Shown here in pieces: positions 11,630-23,536 of a DNA stretch of 64,000 nt; position 1 is the stretch's first letter; every line of letters begins with the position of its first letter. The DNA is from Podarcis muralis. Taxonomy: Eukaryota. The DNA is taken from assembly GCF_964188315.1 (NCBI RefSeq), contig NC_135662.1:7440001-7504000 (forward strand), in the 5' to 3' direction. The notes below the pieces were generated by a model, which saw only the letters and a program-made list of their open reading frames with translations, did no database searches and was not told where the DNA came from. Made by a program: the position numbers and the translations under genes.

Positions 11630-12298
11630 CCTAGGCTGGCACATTATGGAAGCTGTTGATGTGTATTTCTGCTCTTGCCACATTGCAAAAAAGAAAACGT
11701 TGGTTTTGCTTCTTGTGTTACTTCCCTTATCTTATATCAGCAGATTTCATATCAGTGTATTATTCAAGGCAACTGCTGTCCTCTTCTTAGAATGCAATAA
11801 GGGGATACCAAGAACTGCTGTAATAGGGAAGTGCTTCAGTTTCTTCGGAAAGTGTTTTTGGCTTGTCATCAACTGGGCCAATAGTTGCTCCTCAGCACCC
11901 ATTTTTTGTTTCAGGGAAATAAGTCACTTTGACCAAGATGGTGCTTTCCTGGCTTCCTCAGAGGTTACACAAAGGATACTGGTGAATGTGTGCTGGGAGA
12001 ACGGAGGTTAGCGACTGACACGGAAGAAGGGATCGTTGATCTGGGGGTCCCTGTAACAGCCAGGAGACGAGAGTCAGAAGCAGGTGAAGCTGCAGGTTTG
12101 GAGAGTGAAAAACAGGTGCAGAAGGAGTGAGAGATAGGTTAGGCTGGTGTAGAGTCAAAGCCTTCCACATCTTAGCTAAGAGATGTAGGGCTGAGGGGCA
12201 TGTTGATAAATTGTAAGTGTACTTTTGACAATAAAGAGTTAATTCCTCATTCTGGACATTCTTGACTGACAAATCCACACTTGACCTGAAGCTCACAG

Positions 12299-12420
12299 GG
12301 TAACCTTGGGCCAGTCTTTGTCAAACAGGGTTGTTGTGAGGTTCAAATGAGGAGAGGGGAAACCATGTACACCACCTTGAGCTCTTTGGAAAATAAACAA
12401 ATAAATGATAAGTAAATAAA
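12299..12420 (+). mobile_element. Degraded CORE-type SINE fragment
   Basis: ggtaaccttgggccagtc..gggttgttgtgagg..accaccttgagct resembles the body of the SINE at 35135-35385. Confidence 0.5.
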
Positions 12421-13607
12421 TCCAGGACTGGGGGACATACTCTCTGTTTAGTAACCAGATAGCAGCTTCATGCTCTGCCGTATTATTACTGTACTTACCA
12501 GATGCCCACCACATCACATTATGAGGAGGCAATGGATTTCCTTCCATGTTGGGATATCTAAAATAAAATAACTGCTATATATTACCAAAATAATTTTAAA
12601 TGCTGTTACTTAGTTGTCAAAGTGGAAAAGATTGAAAAAGACGTTCACTAGAGCTGTGCACAGCCCAATATATCTGGTCTATGACATTGATCCAGGGGTC
12701 ACAAACGAGGGTGGCCCACTGGCTTGTAGTGGCTCCCAAGATGTCACGAAGAACTTTCCCAAGCTGGTGAGCCAGAATCCTTCAAGCAGAACTACCCATG
12801 TACCCCTCTGCCACTCAACTGTGGTCCCCCACTTTCTTTTGCAAATGAACTACATCAGCTTGAGACATTCACATCCCTGTGAGAAACTGCTGATCAGCCA
12901 TCTTTAGACATACAGTATGTGGAGGAGACACCAAGAAGACACCTGCAAGAAGTTTAGGGCTGCATCCATTCCTCTTCGTCCGTGTTAAACAGTTTTCCAA
13001 CATTATGTGAGATGAAGGATTTTGTTCATTGGTACTCAAGATAGCTAATTTAGGGTGAGATTCTTGACAAAGGCATTATTGAGAATCATGAGTCATCAAG
13101 TCTCAGAGGATGAACCAGACAACTACTCTGCAATGTAACTAGGAGAAATCTATTTATTGATTACAGTTATTCTTTGTTTTCATGTTGCCATGCTCAGGCT
13201 GGTCAATGGGGTCAGAGATACACAAGAAACCTAAAGATATGCATGCAATATTACATAAATTATAAGAAGCAACATAAAGGAAAAAGAACTCAATGAAAGC
13301 CAGTAAGTCGGATGGAGGTCCCTTCTTTCCTGAGTTTTCAAGGTGATGTCCTAAGGCAGCAACATCAGTGGGTACTAGAGGAAAGGAGGATGGGCTCTGT
13401 CTTTGTTTTGGATTCTTCTCTGTCCTTTGATCTTGATAATTAGTCAGCCATATTCCTTTTCTTTGCACAGTAAGGCAAAAAACATTCCATTCTTTTTCAG
13501 TAACAATTCCGTTTACAGTCTCTCTGCTCATTGCCTACAGGGTATATGGTGATCTTCTGCTTTATGAATTTCCTTGGTGCGCCAGTCTATTCATTCTGTT
13601 ATTCCTT

Positions 13608-14130
13608 TTTTTTTTTATAAAATATTTATTAAAGATTTCAGACATTTATAATCACCAAACACATATAAAACCATCACCATAATACAATAAACAAAGAAAA
13701 ACACAAAAGAATAAAAAGAATAACACATAATACAAAAAACATACAACAACAAAATCAAATAGTTCATAACCATATTTTCTTTGCTTTTGGACTTCCTCAC
13801 ATCTCTCGTTCCTGTGTTCCCAATTCATAAAATTTTAAACAGCAATTTATCACCTTGTTTCAAATCTTATTTTGTGACTTTCCAATATTATGTCTCTAAC
13901 TTTAAATATTTTTATCATGAACTTAAATACTTAATCTAGACATGATATTAATCTGAAATTTATCTTTTTCTCAAATTTCACTTATTTTCATAGTCCCTTC
14001 AGCTAGTTTGCTGATGCCCTGTTATTTTCAGTCCTGCATCCTTCTTAACACTCATACAATTTACAATGTTTTTGTAAATAGTCCTTAAATTTCTTCCAAT
14101 CCTCTTCCACTGCTTCTTCTCCCAGGTCGC
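13608..14130 (-). mobile_element. L1-type LINE 3' fragment
   Basis: Encodes RDLGEEAVEEDWKKFKDYLQKHCKLYEC* with a polyA tail. 18-bp TSD TTCATTCTGTTATTCCTT at 13590-13607 and 14131-14148. Confidence 0.9.
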
Positions 14131-14792
14131 TTCATTCTGTTATTCCTTGGTACTCCAGCTGTCATTCACTTATCCCATCATTCACATATATGGATCCCCG
14201 ACCCCCTCAATTCTATTCACAGGATTTCCATGCTTTGCCACCAACCAGCAGAAATGTCTCATGCTTAACTGTCAGGTCCCCCATCCACACTCACTCATTC
14301 CTTGTTTCTCGGTATGTTCCTGGAAATTACCTTTTCCCTTCCATCTCTAAAAACCTCAGCTGACCACAGTTCTCCTGCTTCAAAAAACAACTCTGCTCAT
14401 TCTCCCTTGATACCTGCTAAATGTGGCACACACTATCTCAATATCTATTGTGGTGGAAAGCTTTTGGAAGCTGCATTCCAGTAGCAAGCATCCACACACA
14501 CATATACAAAAACAAGAAACACACCAGATCTCTATCACTCACTTGCAGTAAATTGGGCAATCACACAAAGTAGATTGAAAACACATTATCCTCCCCCACC
14601 CCCGATAATTCTGGGGACTTTAGTTTATTAAGGGCACTAGAAAATGTAGCTCTGTGAGTGGTAAGTTAAGTTCTCAGAATACTTGGAGGGCCATCATGTG
14701 CTTTCAATGTGGTTTCAGTGTATGGTGTGTACCGAGCCACACAGACATTGCTATTGGACCTAGAAATGGAGACCTTCTATATATCCCTGGGT

Positions 14793-15020
14793 TCATAGAC
14801 TCATAGAACTGTAAAGTTGGAAGGTACCCCAAAGGTCATCTAGTCGAGCAGGAATCTCAACTAAAGCATGCATAACAGATGACTTTCCAACCTCTGCTTA
14901 AAAGCCTCCAATGAAGGGGAGTCCATAATCTCCTGAGGGAGTCTGTTCCACTGTCATACAGCTCTTAGTGTCAGAAAGTTATTTCTGATGTTAAGTCATA
15001 ATCCCCTTTCTTCCAACTTG
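14793..15020 (-). mobile_element. CR1 3' fragment
   Basis: Reverse complement of the CR1 3' end, with a tcatagactcatagaa tail. Confidence 0.8.
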
Positions 15021-15579
15021 GTTTTCCCAGATGTGGAATTGAATAATAGGTTAATGACTCACTTAGACCTAATTTTGGGAGGGGTCAAATTAATTTTGAC
15101 AAAACTAGTGAATTCTTTTTAGAAGTCTTTTTGGGAAGGTTTTTGCATTCGTTGAGGATGCCTCTGAATAGCTGTTTCTGGGAACCTCAAGTGAGGAGAG
15201 TGCTATTAATCTCTTTAATCACAGAGAGCCAGAACTTTTGTACTTTCCCACAATCCCACCAGAGATGTCTGTAAGCACCCATGAGCTGACATCCCCTCCA
15301 TGACGGTTGATATTGCTGTTTATAGAGGAACGCTTGAAACCAATAAGCATTAGATTGGGAAAGTGGGAATAATATTAATTGATTATATAAACTTCATGCA
15401 CTGGAGAAGCAAAGGTACAGAGAAGAGGAGTGTAAGGAAGATGGCTATGCTGGTTCACGATGAGAAGCTATTTTTTTTACCAACCCCATGGATAGAAGTG
15501 AGGCCTGCCTATAAAAATCCATTGGGAAATCTAAGATTTCACACAGTAGGAACCCTGCTAAGACACCACTCATAGGCGG

Positions 15580-16579
15580 TCAAATCATAACTTTGCTCTC
15601 TGTTCTGGATTTCTTGTCTTCTCTACAGTCTCCCACATCCTTAAACACCCTTGAGATTGCAGCTCTCATGGATACCCTGGAAGGACTCTTCCGTGCTCTC
15701 CTTCCAACTAAAAAATAAATGATTGGGTTGATGAGGCTGTTTACAGAAGAACACCCAAAGCCGATGAGCATGAGACTGTGAAGGTGGGGGAAATAATAGC
15801 AATAGATTACATAAACTGCATTCAGTGGGAAAGCAAAGATGAGAAAGAACAGGAGGGCAAGCAAGATAGCCGTGATGAGTTTTCCTTGCTGGCGTTGTTG
15901 TGCTTTACAGCAGACTTTGATGAACAGGGTCATAGAAGAGATGAACATCAGAGGCGTACAAAGCAGAGCATTTACAAGCAGCTGGTAGTGTAAAAGGGAC
16001 GCCCCAAATCTGCCAGTCATGCGGAGAGCGAAATGGATTGCAGAAAGCAGGAAGGAGAAGATCCATATTATAGCACATATGATGGCGGATGAGTTTGGTC
16101 CCCGGTCAAATCGATGCCAAAGTGGGAAGAGGACAACTACACACCTGTCAATGCTGATAGCTGCCAGTAGATACTGACTGGTAGAATATGTGAAGCAAAA
16201 GAGTTCAAAAAATAATAGAAAAACGCTGTTGAGAATGCGAGATTCACTCGTCACACGAAGGGCAGTAGCAAATGCAGCAGTACTGATTAGAGATACCAAA
16301 AGCCCCAAAATGCAAATAATGGCAATGAAGCTGTTGATTAAATACTTTGCTAATTTGGAGAAGACCAGATCATTTGATGCTACAAACTCGGCAAAAACAA
16401 TGCTGGAGGCAGCAGTTGTGCTATTATTTAAATTTCTAAATATGATACCCTCATTTGAGTTAAGATAATCAGGTATGTCTCCAGAACCACTGTAATCTTC
16501 TGTTATTGCTCGACCATCTGGTTGCTTGGCAATACCCTTTACATAAATTTTAACTTCGGTAATCCTTTCATGCCGATAC
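15580..16579 (-). CDS. MAS/MRGPR-like GPCR 2, main exon; long N-terminus and about 33-aa in-frame TM1-TM2 deletion (337 aa with exon 16751-16764); possibly a pseudogene
   Basis: Has AISIDRC, WHR, PLM, FPLN and NPIIYF motifs. The frame is open for 90 codons upstream of the tracked ORF to a strong acceptor ctcttgttctctttctttttgcag|G (16580-16581). It lacks GNG..KRNPFT..NLA.AD. Confidence 0.85.
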
Positions 16580-16750
16580 CTGCAAAAAGAAAGAGAACAA
16601 GAGTAAGCATTATTCTGCGGTCAATCAAATGATCTACACAACGGGTACACAAACCACACTACCTACAACCCTGACTCCTCATTTGTCAAAGTCATATTGA
16701 TTTGGGTGCGACTGGGACTGGGAGCAACTTCCACTGAGTGAGTCTCTTAC

Positions 16751-16764
16751 CTGATTCCCAACAT
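16751..16764 (-). CDS. Candidate start mini-exon of GPCR 2 (MLGIR)
   Basis: Reads gaaATG TTG GGA ATC AG|gtaaga, a phase 2 donor compatible with the acceptor at 16580 (171-nt intron). An in-frame TGA lies upstream. Confidence 0.5.
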
Positions 16765-16893
16765 TTCTTTCAAAAACTCTCAAGTCAATGGTGGCCATAT
16801 CCACACCATGCCTTTACATTGTTATGATAAACATTGATGGCCGCCCAAAGAATCCTGGGAGTTGCAGTTTGTTAAAGGCACTGAAAGTGCTTA

Positions 16894-17254
16894 AAGGTAA
16901 AGGTAAAGGTACCCCTGCCCGTACGGGCCAGTCTTGACAGACTCTAGGGTTGTGCGCTCATCTCACTCTAGAGGCCGGGAGCCAGCGCTGTCCGCAGACA
17001 CTTCCGGGTCACGTGGCCAGTGTGACAAGCTGCATCTGGTGAGCCAGCGCAGCACACGGAACGCCGTTTACCTTCCCGCTGGTAAGCGGTCCCTATTTAT
17101 CTACTTGCACCCGGGGGTGCTTTCGAACTGCTAGGTTGGCAGGCGCTGGGACTGAACGACGGGAGCGCACCCCGCCGTGGGGATTCAAACCACCGACCTT
17201 TCAATCAGCAAGCCCTAGGCGCTGAGGTTTTACCCATAGCGCCACCCGCGTCCC
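16894..17254 (-). mobile_element. Sauria SINE, full length
   Basis: 5' gggacgcgggtggcgc and an (ACCTTT)n tail. 12-bp TSD TGAAAGTGCTTA at 16882-16893 and 17255-17266. Confidence 0.9.
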
Positions 17255-17394
17255 TGAAAGTGCTTAGGCGTTCCTTATTCCCACCACAGTGCTATAATTC
17301 CAAGAGTTCCATGTGCAAAGAGATTGAGCGTTAATCCACCCTAAGATTAAAGTAGGACTGGGAGAACCATGCATGGCACCATGAGCTCATAATG

Positions 17395-17395
<1 letters not shown>

Positions 17396-17444
<49 letters not shown>

Positions 17445-17750
17445 TTATTGAATTTATATATCACCCTATATCCAGGGGTCTCAGGGCGGTTCACAGAATA
17501 AAATCAAGATATAAAACCACAAAATACATAATAAAAATAAAAACAACAACCCAATAGCCCCCCCCCCAAAAAAAACACACATTTTAAAAGGGCATAGGAT
17601 GTAAATTGGATCAACCAAAGGCCTGGTTAAAAAGGAACGTTTTTGCCTGGCGCCTAAAGGTGTATAATGAAGGTGCCAGGCAAACTTCCCTGGGGGGAGC
17701 ATTGCACAGATGGGGAGCCACTGCAGAGAAGGCCCTGCTCTTGTGTTGCC
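17396..17750 (-). mobile_element. L2 3' fragment with (ATT)n tail
   Basis: gggcggttcacag, ggcctggttaaaaagg and gcagagaaggccc motifs; related to 24905-25145. Confidence 0.7.
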
Positions 17751-18614
17751 CGTTCTCTTTAGAGAAAAAGGTGTGAGATAAATGTGATAAATAAACAAAA
17801 AACTATAAAATAAATCTGGAGGGTGGAATTCTGAAGGTCACATCCTCTTTTTAGTAACCTGACAGAGGCCGCATTCTCTGCCTTATTATTTTTTTTATTA
17901 TTGTATATAATAAATGTCCGTCACATCCAGTTCCCTTGTGATGTTAAAATGATGTATAGAATTTCCTTCCATTGTGGGATGCCTAAATAAAATAACTACT
18001 ATAAACTATGAGAATGGTTTCAAGTGTTGTAAATCAAAGTTATGACTTTATTAAAAAGTAGAAGAGATTGGCAGATGTTCACTAGAGCTGTGCACAACCA
18101 TCCGCCCCATGACATTGATCCAGGGGTTCCTGAATCAGGGCAGACCATGCTGGTTCAACCTGAAGATGAACTGCCCCACCCTGGACCCAATTCTGAAGTT
18201 TGGAGAAGGAGTTGGACACCACACTGGATGCAGAGAGGGACACCAGAAAAGCTCAGATGGATCACACAAGTGGCCCATCTAGTGCAGCATCATGTTCTCA
18301 CAGTGGCCAGCTAGATGCCTCTGGAATAGCCAGACGGAGAAGCTGAGCCCAAGAGCACCCTCTCAGATTGTGACTGCACCCACACAAGACACAAAGGATT
18401 GGGATTAAAATGACAACAGCCTTATTAAAGTCTACTTGAAGGGTCTACAAAGGACTAGAATTACGAAATCTTCAAAGCATTCCAGGCTCCTATAAATCTG
18501 AAACAGTGTAATCTATAGCTTAATCCTTGGATATGTGGGTGAGCTCCCTTGGCTCATGGCCTCAGAGTAGTTAACTCTCTAGCCAAGCTGTTGATGTCTA
18601 GCGATTTCTATCTA

Positions 18615-18968
18615 GGGACGCGGGTGGCACTGTGGGTTAAACCACAGAGCCTAGGACTTGCCGATCAGAAGGTCGGCAGTTTGAATCCCTGTGATGGGGT
18701 GAGCTCCCGTTGCTTGGTCCCTGCTCCTGCCAACCTAGCAGTTCGAAAGCACGTCAAAGTGCAAGTAGATAAATAGGTACTGCTCCATTGGGAAAGGAAA
18801 TGGTGTTTCCATGCACTGCTCTGGTTCGCCAGAAGCGGCTTAGTCATGCTGGCCACATGACCCTGAAGCTGTACGCCTGCTCCCTCGGCCAATAAAGTGA
18901 GATGAGTGCCACAACGCCAGAGTTGGCCATGACTGGACCTAATGGTCAGGGGTCCCTTTACCTTTACC
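18615..18968 (+). mobile_element. Sauria SINE, full length
   Basis: gggacgcgggtggcactgtgggttaaacc...ggggtccctttacctttacc. Confidence 0.9.
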
Positions 18969-20226
18969 TAGGGAGAAATCTACTCTGTCACATTTAGGAG
19001 GGAGAAAATTTGTCCTCTCAACTTTATTTATTACATTTTTATCTGGTGATTATATATTTTGTTAACTTTGGGGGAAAATTAGCTCATTTGTGCTATTATT
19101 TTGATATCCAATGACAAAACTATTGTTTAAATCTGGATAACCAGATAAGTCTCTAGAACCATCATAACAGCTGAAGTTCTGAAACAATCTTGTGGGTCTA
19201 AATGAAGTCAAAGAGATTACTTTTCAGAATAGTGCTTCCATAGAGAAAGAGAGCAAGGAGAATGGCTTCCATTTATGGTGCCTGGAATCTCATGCATCAA
19301 AATATTCATAATGCTTCTTATGAAACTTCTACAGCCAAACCTAAGTAGTCAACTCTCTCTTTCTCCCTCTCTCCTTCTCTCTCTTTGCACACCTTTTCTC
19401 TTTTTCTTGATATATCATCACACCCCTTTTTCCTCCTTGTTAGGGCAACAAGAAGTCCTTCCGAAGTCTTCAATCTAGGCATATTTAGGGCCATTCAAGT
19501 GTTTGGGTTGTATTTAGCTAATGTTCACCCAGACTAAGCCTACTGAAATCAATGGCCATTATTAATTTAGATCCGTTAATTTCAATGGGTTTCAATGGAA
19601 TTTCATTTTAGGAAACTTAGAGAACGTTTTTATTTCATTTATTACAAAATAATTTGAGGTTTTGTTTTGTTTTTTTATGATCAAGCAGTACATATATTTT
19701 ATGAAACAAGTAAATAATTTTAGGAGACTTTAATTAGGCATCAGATTTTGATACAGAATAAAACTTCCCTGTCACCTGTCCTTGGAGCTTACTCACTTGC
19801 AAGTGATATGTGGTTTTCATCTAAGCAAGTTTTACCGTTATTGAAAGATACATACACACAGCTGTACACATGTATTACAAGAATAAAATTATATCAGCAT
19901 ATACTAAAGAATCAGGAGGCATTTCTCGTTTAGTAAAGGTTAAAAGTAGCAGTGGTGCCCTCTTAGCCTAGGATCCCATATGCTCCAGCTCTTTGCCCTG
20001 GTACACCAGGTCTAAAAGAATCTTCTTTGGTGATCACTTGTAGCCAAGTAAGATTGTCTTCCATAAACACAGCCTAAAAGGATCACCCCAGCCTTTGACC
20101 TGTTATACTTCTAACAGAAGACTCTGGGGATTCAAGCTGGCTGAAAAACACATACCCCCTCCCCCGCCACTCAGATATGGTTGCCTTCCAGCTTTTGCAA
20201 ACAAGCTACATCAACTTGAGACATTC

Positions 20227-20236
20227 ACATACCTGG
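20227..20236 (-). promoter_or_regulatory. Splice donor CAG|GTATGT of a putative non-coding 5' exon (paralogous block upstream of several genes)
   Basis: The same block with the donor occurs with exon ends at 29099, 33568 and 42402. The donor is altered at about 12870, 40258, 46978 and 52232. Confidence 0.5.
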
Positions 20237-21469
20237 GAGAAACTGCTGATCAGCAATCTTTAGACAGATACTTGGGAGGCAGCAGCAAGAGGTATAATAT
20301 TCTGTGCTGGAAGATGTGCAGAAATAAATGCAACTACAAAGAAAATAAAAGAACTGACTTGTCATCAAAGTTCCCTGGAAACTGTTTAGAACTCCACCCC
20401 TTCCTCTTAATTTGTGCTCAGTTTGCAAACATCATATGGCAAGAAGAATTTTGCTCGTTGGTTATCAAGATAGCTAGTTTAGGAGGAAATTTATGACTCG
20501 AAGGTCTTAGAAAGACATTCCTGAGAAATGTGGGTCAGAGAGTCACAGAGAAGGAAGAACCAGGGGATTGGTTTGTGATTGGTTTGTTTTGCTTTGGCTC
20601 TATTATGTATTTTTATTTTGTGAATCACCCCGAGATCTTTGGATGAAGGGCAGTATACAAATTTAATACATAACAAATAGTAATAATAATAGCTGTGTCA
20701 TGTAATTGGGAGAAATATCTTTATTTATTACTGAGAGTTTCGCCTTCCCCTTATTTTACCATGCTCAAACTAGTTAACAGGGTCACACAAAAACTTATGT
20801 CAAATTTAGAAAGCCTCATAATTGTGGGGACTGTAGATTGTTAGGATGCTGAGATCTGCAACTCAGAGAAAACATCCTATACTTTTTGTGGCGGCGGATA
20901 ATTTAACTTCAGTTATGGTGTATACAGAATCTCACATACATAGCAGCTCAATCTATGGGATAATTGATTGAAAGGTGTCAGATCTCATAGATGATGGCAG
21001 CTGATGGAACCTCAGCTGTCCCAAAATGGAAAAGCTTGCAGGGTTTGTGATTTTTGTTTTGGTATGAAAATATGTGCCGTTTAGCATTAGCCAAAGAAAC
21101 ACTTTACATTATTTTAAATATCCCTTGAAAGCCTGAGCTCATTCTGAGCTTTGACCTACTTGACCTTCTCCCTGCAGCTGTTGGCTACACCTGTACAGTA
21201 TACTCTTCCTTTCCGATTTTCTTTTTCTTCCATTTCATATACATTCCCTTCTTACACCTCAGCTTATCTGTAACGATACTTTCCACCTTCCTTTCTGAGT
21301 GCAAGCTGACTACACTCAGCTTTCCCATGTTTTTGTATCATTAAAGCAAACAGGTTATGTTCATTTACTTCTAAGCTTCCCAGTGCTTCCACTTCATCAC
21401 TCAGTTCCTCTCTGTTGATGAGGACCAGATCCCCTTTGTTGCTTCTTACACCTTGTGGGCATTCATATT

Positions 21470-21938
21470 GTCATGGAGGCTGATGGAATCAATGCCAAAT
21501 TGGGAAGAGGACAGCAACACACCATTCAGTGCTGATGGCTGTCAGCAGAAATTGACGAGTGATGTACATGAGGAAAAAGTAAGAGGAAAGGAACCCTTGC
21601 AACAAATCAGAAGAGATATAAAAGCATACAAGGATGCCAAGCTCAGCCACAGCCAAATTCAGGATGAAGATGGTAAAACAATTCATTTTCATGCCAAAGC
21701 CGAGAAGCCAGATGACAGTTAGATCCCTCGTAAGTTCAAAAATGCTAATAACTGAAATAAAGGCAGGGATAATAAGGTATATGATATTCCATAATTAATA
21801 TGTTCATAGTTTGGGAGCCCACTTGCATTGTCTCCTTATCTTCCTCTACAGCATCCAAAAGGGACAAGGACTGAGGGCCATAATTTCTCCTCATGTTGAA
21901 TCTCTGCTTTTGAGCTGCTTCTTGTATGAATCCTCCTC
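21470..21938 (-). pseudogene. MRGPR-like pseudogene, 5' half only (N-terminus to ICL2)
   Basis: Acceptor cctag at 21939-21940 and ATG at 21894. MRRNYGPQSLSLLDAVE resembles gene 3. There are frameshifts, a CGA>TGA change after LFPIWH, and homology then ends. Confidence 0.9.
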
Positions 21939-22130
21939 CTAGGAGAAGAGAGACAAAGTGGAGTCAGTTCCCATTAAATAAAACTCAACCATATTACATT
22001 TGTGTATAGATTTCCCACCCTTCTGATCCATTCCAGTAGCTGAAGTTGGTGGAACAAAGTCATCGGTGGAACAAAGATTTGTTGAGCAACCAGAAAGTGT
22101 GACATTCAAGAGTTTAATTAATTTGCTCTA

Positions 22131-22356
22131 CAGTGGTACCTCGGGTTACATACACTTCAGGTTACAGACTCTGTTAATCCAGAAGTACTACCTTGGGTTA
22201 AGAACTTTGCTTCAGGATGAGAACAGAAATTGTGTTCTGGCAGCGCGGCGGCTGCAGGAGGCCCCATTAGCTAAAGTGATGCTTCAGGTTAAGAACAGTT
22301 TCAGGTTAAGAACATACCTCTGGAATGAATTAAGTGCTTAACCTGAGGTACCACTG
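22131..22356. mobile_element. Tc1/mariner-type MITE (226 bp)
   Basis: Perfect TIR CAGTGGTACCTC with flanking TA dinucleotides. Confidence 0.9.
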
Positions 22357-23469
22357 TACTTTGAAATCCTGAGTAAGAAACCCTAAGCAGTTTAGGGGGC
22401 AAGAGGGAAAGACAGAAAGAGGGAAAAACTTCCAGCGGTAGGCAATTTTAAAATTTAAACCACACAGAGATAGCAAGAACAGAGGAGCAGCGCCACACAG
22501 TGGTAGGAGGGAAAATGAGGCAGAAGAGGAACACCTGGAGGATCATGACACAAAAAAGCAGGGCTATCAGGAGCTATGCTGTGTTTCCGGAGCTACAAAA
22601 TTGATTCCATGCCTTCATTTCAGAGGAGGAAGGAAGGAAGTTTTGCTGGACCACCTTTGAGATTTACAGTTGGCGATCGTAAAATATTCTTCAACATTCT
22701 CTTTTGATGAAACCCCAAAGTGGAACTCCTCGCTCTATACATTTATGCAAGAGGGAAGAATTTCTTGGGCAGGCACAGACTCTCATACAATAACAGATCC
22801 TTAATATCCATGCACAATCAGTCATGCAAACACACGCAAAACGCAGCAATTGCACACATAAACAGAGAGCTTCTTCATGTCCCTCAGTTGTTAGTGGATT
22901 TGAGTTCAGAAAACATTTGGTGGCTCTATCAGAAAACAGTAGGGTTCCATCCATTCTTAAGCAGTTTCCCAACATTGTGTTGCAGGAAGATGTTATTCCC
23001 TTTTTTATCAATAGCTAATTTAAGAGGAGCATCTTGCCTTTTAAGTCTTGATCCCATGGAAACACCATCTTCAGGAATTGTGAGCCAGTTTATCCAAAGC
23101 ACAGCTCTCAGAACCAGACACTTCGCCCATCCCTCACATATTGGGGATATCCACTCTCCACAAATTCCAGTCACTGGAATATTTCATTGTAAGGTTCTCC
23201 ATCCCCACTCTCACTTCTTGCTTCTTTGTTGTGCGTTGGCATCCATCTGTCTCATGAGTCAATGGAGGAGGACACCTTTGGAGGTGAGGTCAAGCAGTTG
23301 GGCAGTTGCAGCGCCTGCTGTGGCTGTAGCTTCTTTTTATATTCCTGTCAATTATCTCTTCCCTTCCACCTCTATCAACTGCAACTGACCCAAGTTCTCC
23401 TGCTGCAAAAATCAATCTGAATATATACTGTGGTGGAAAACTTTTGCAGGGTTCATTTCAAGAGCAGGA

Positions 23470-23478
23470 GCACACACA

Positions 23479-23533
<55 letters not shown>
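23470..23533. repeat. (CA)n(GA)n microsatellite
   Basis: Visible directly. Similar compound repeats lie at 34500-34568, about 43930, 49190, 57985 and 61795-61893. Confidence 0.95.

Positions 23534-23536
<3 letters not shown>

Noticed and set aside
16539-16571. ATG at 16571 as the start of GPCR 2
   Set aside because: It is out of frame and stops after 10 codons (MKGLPKLKFM*).
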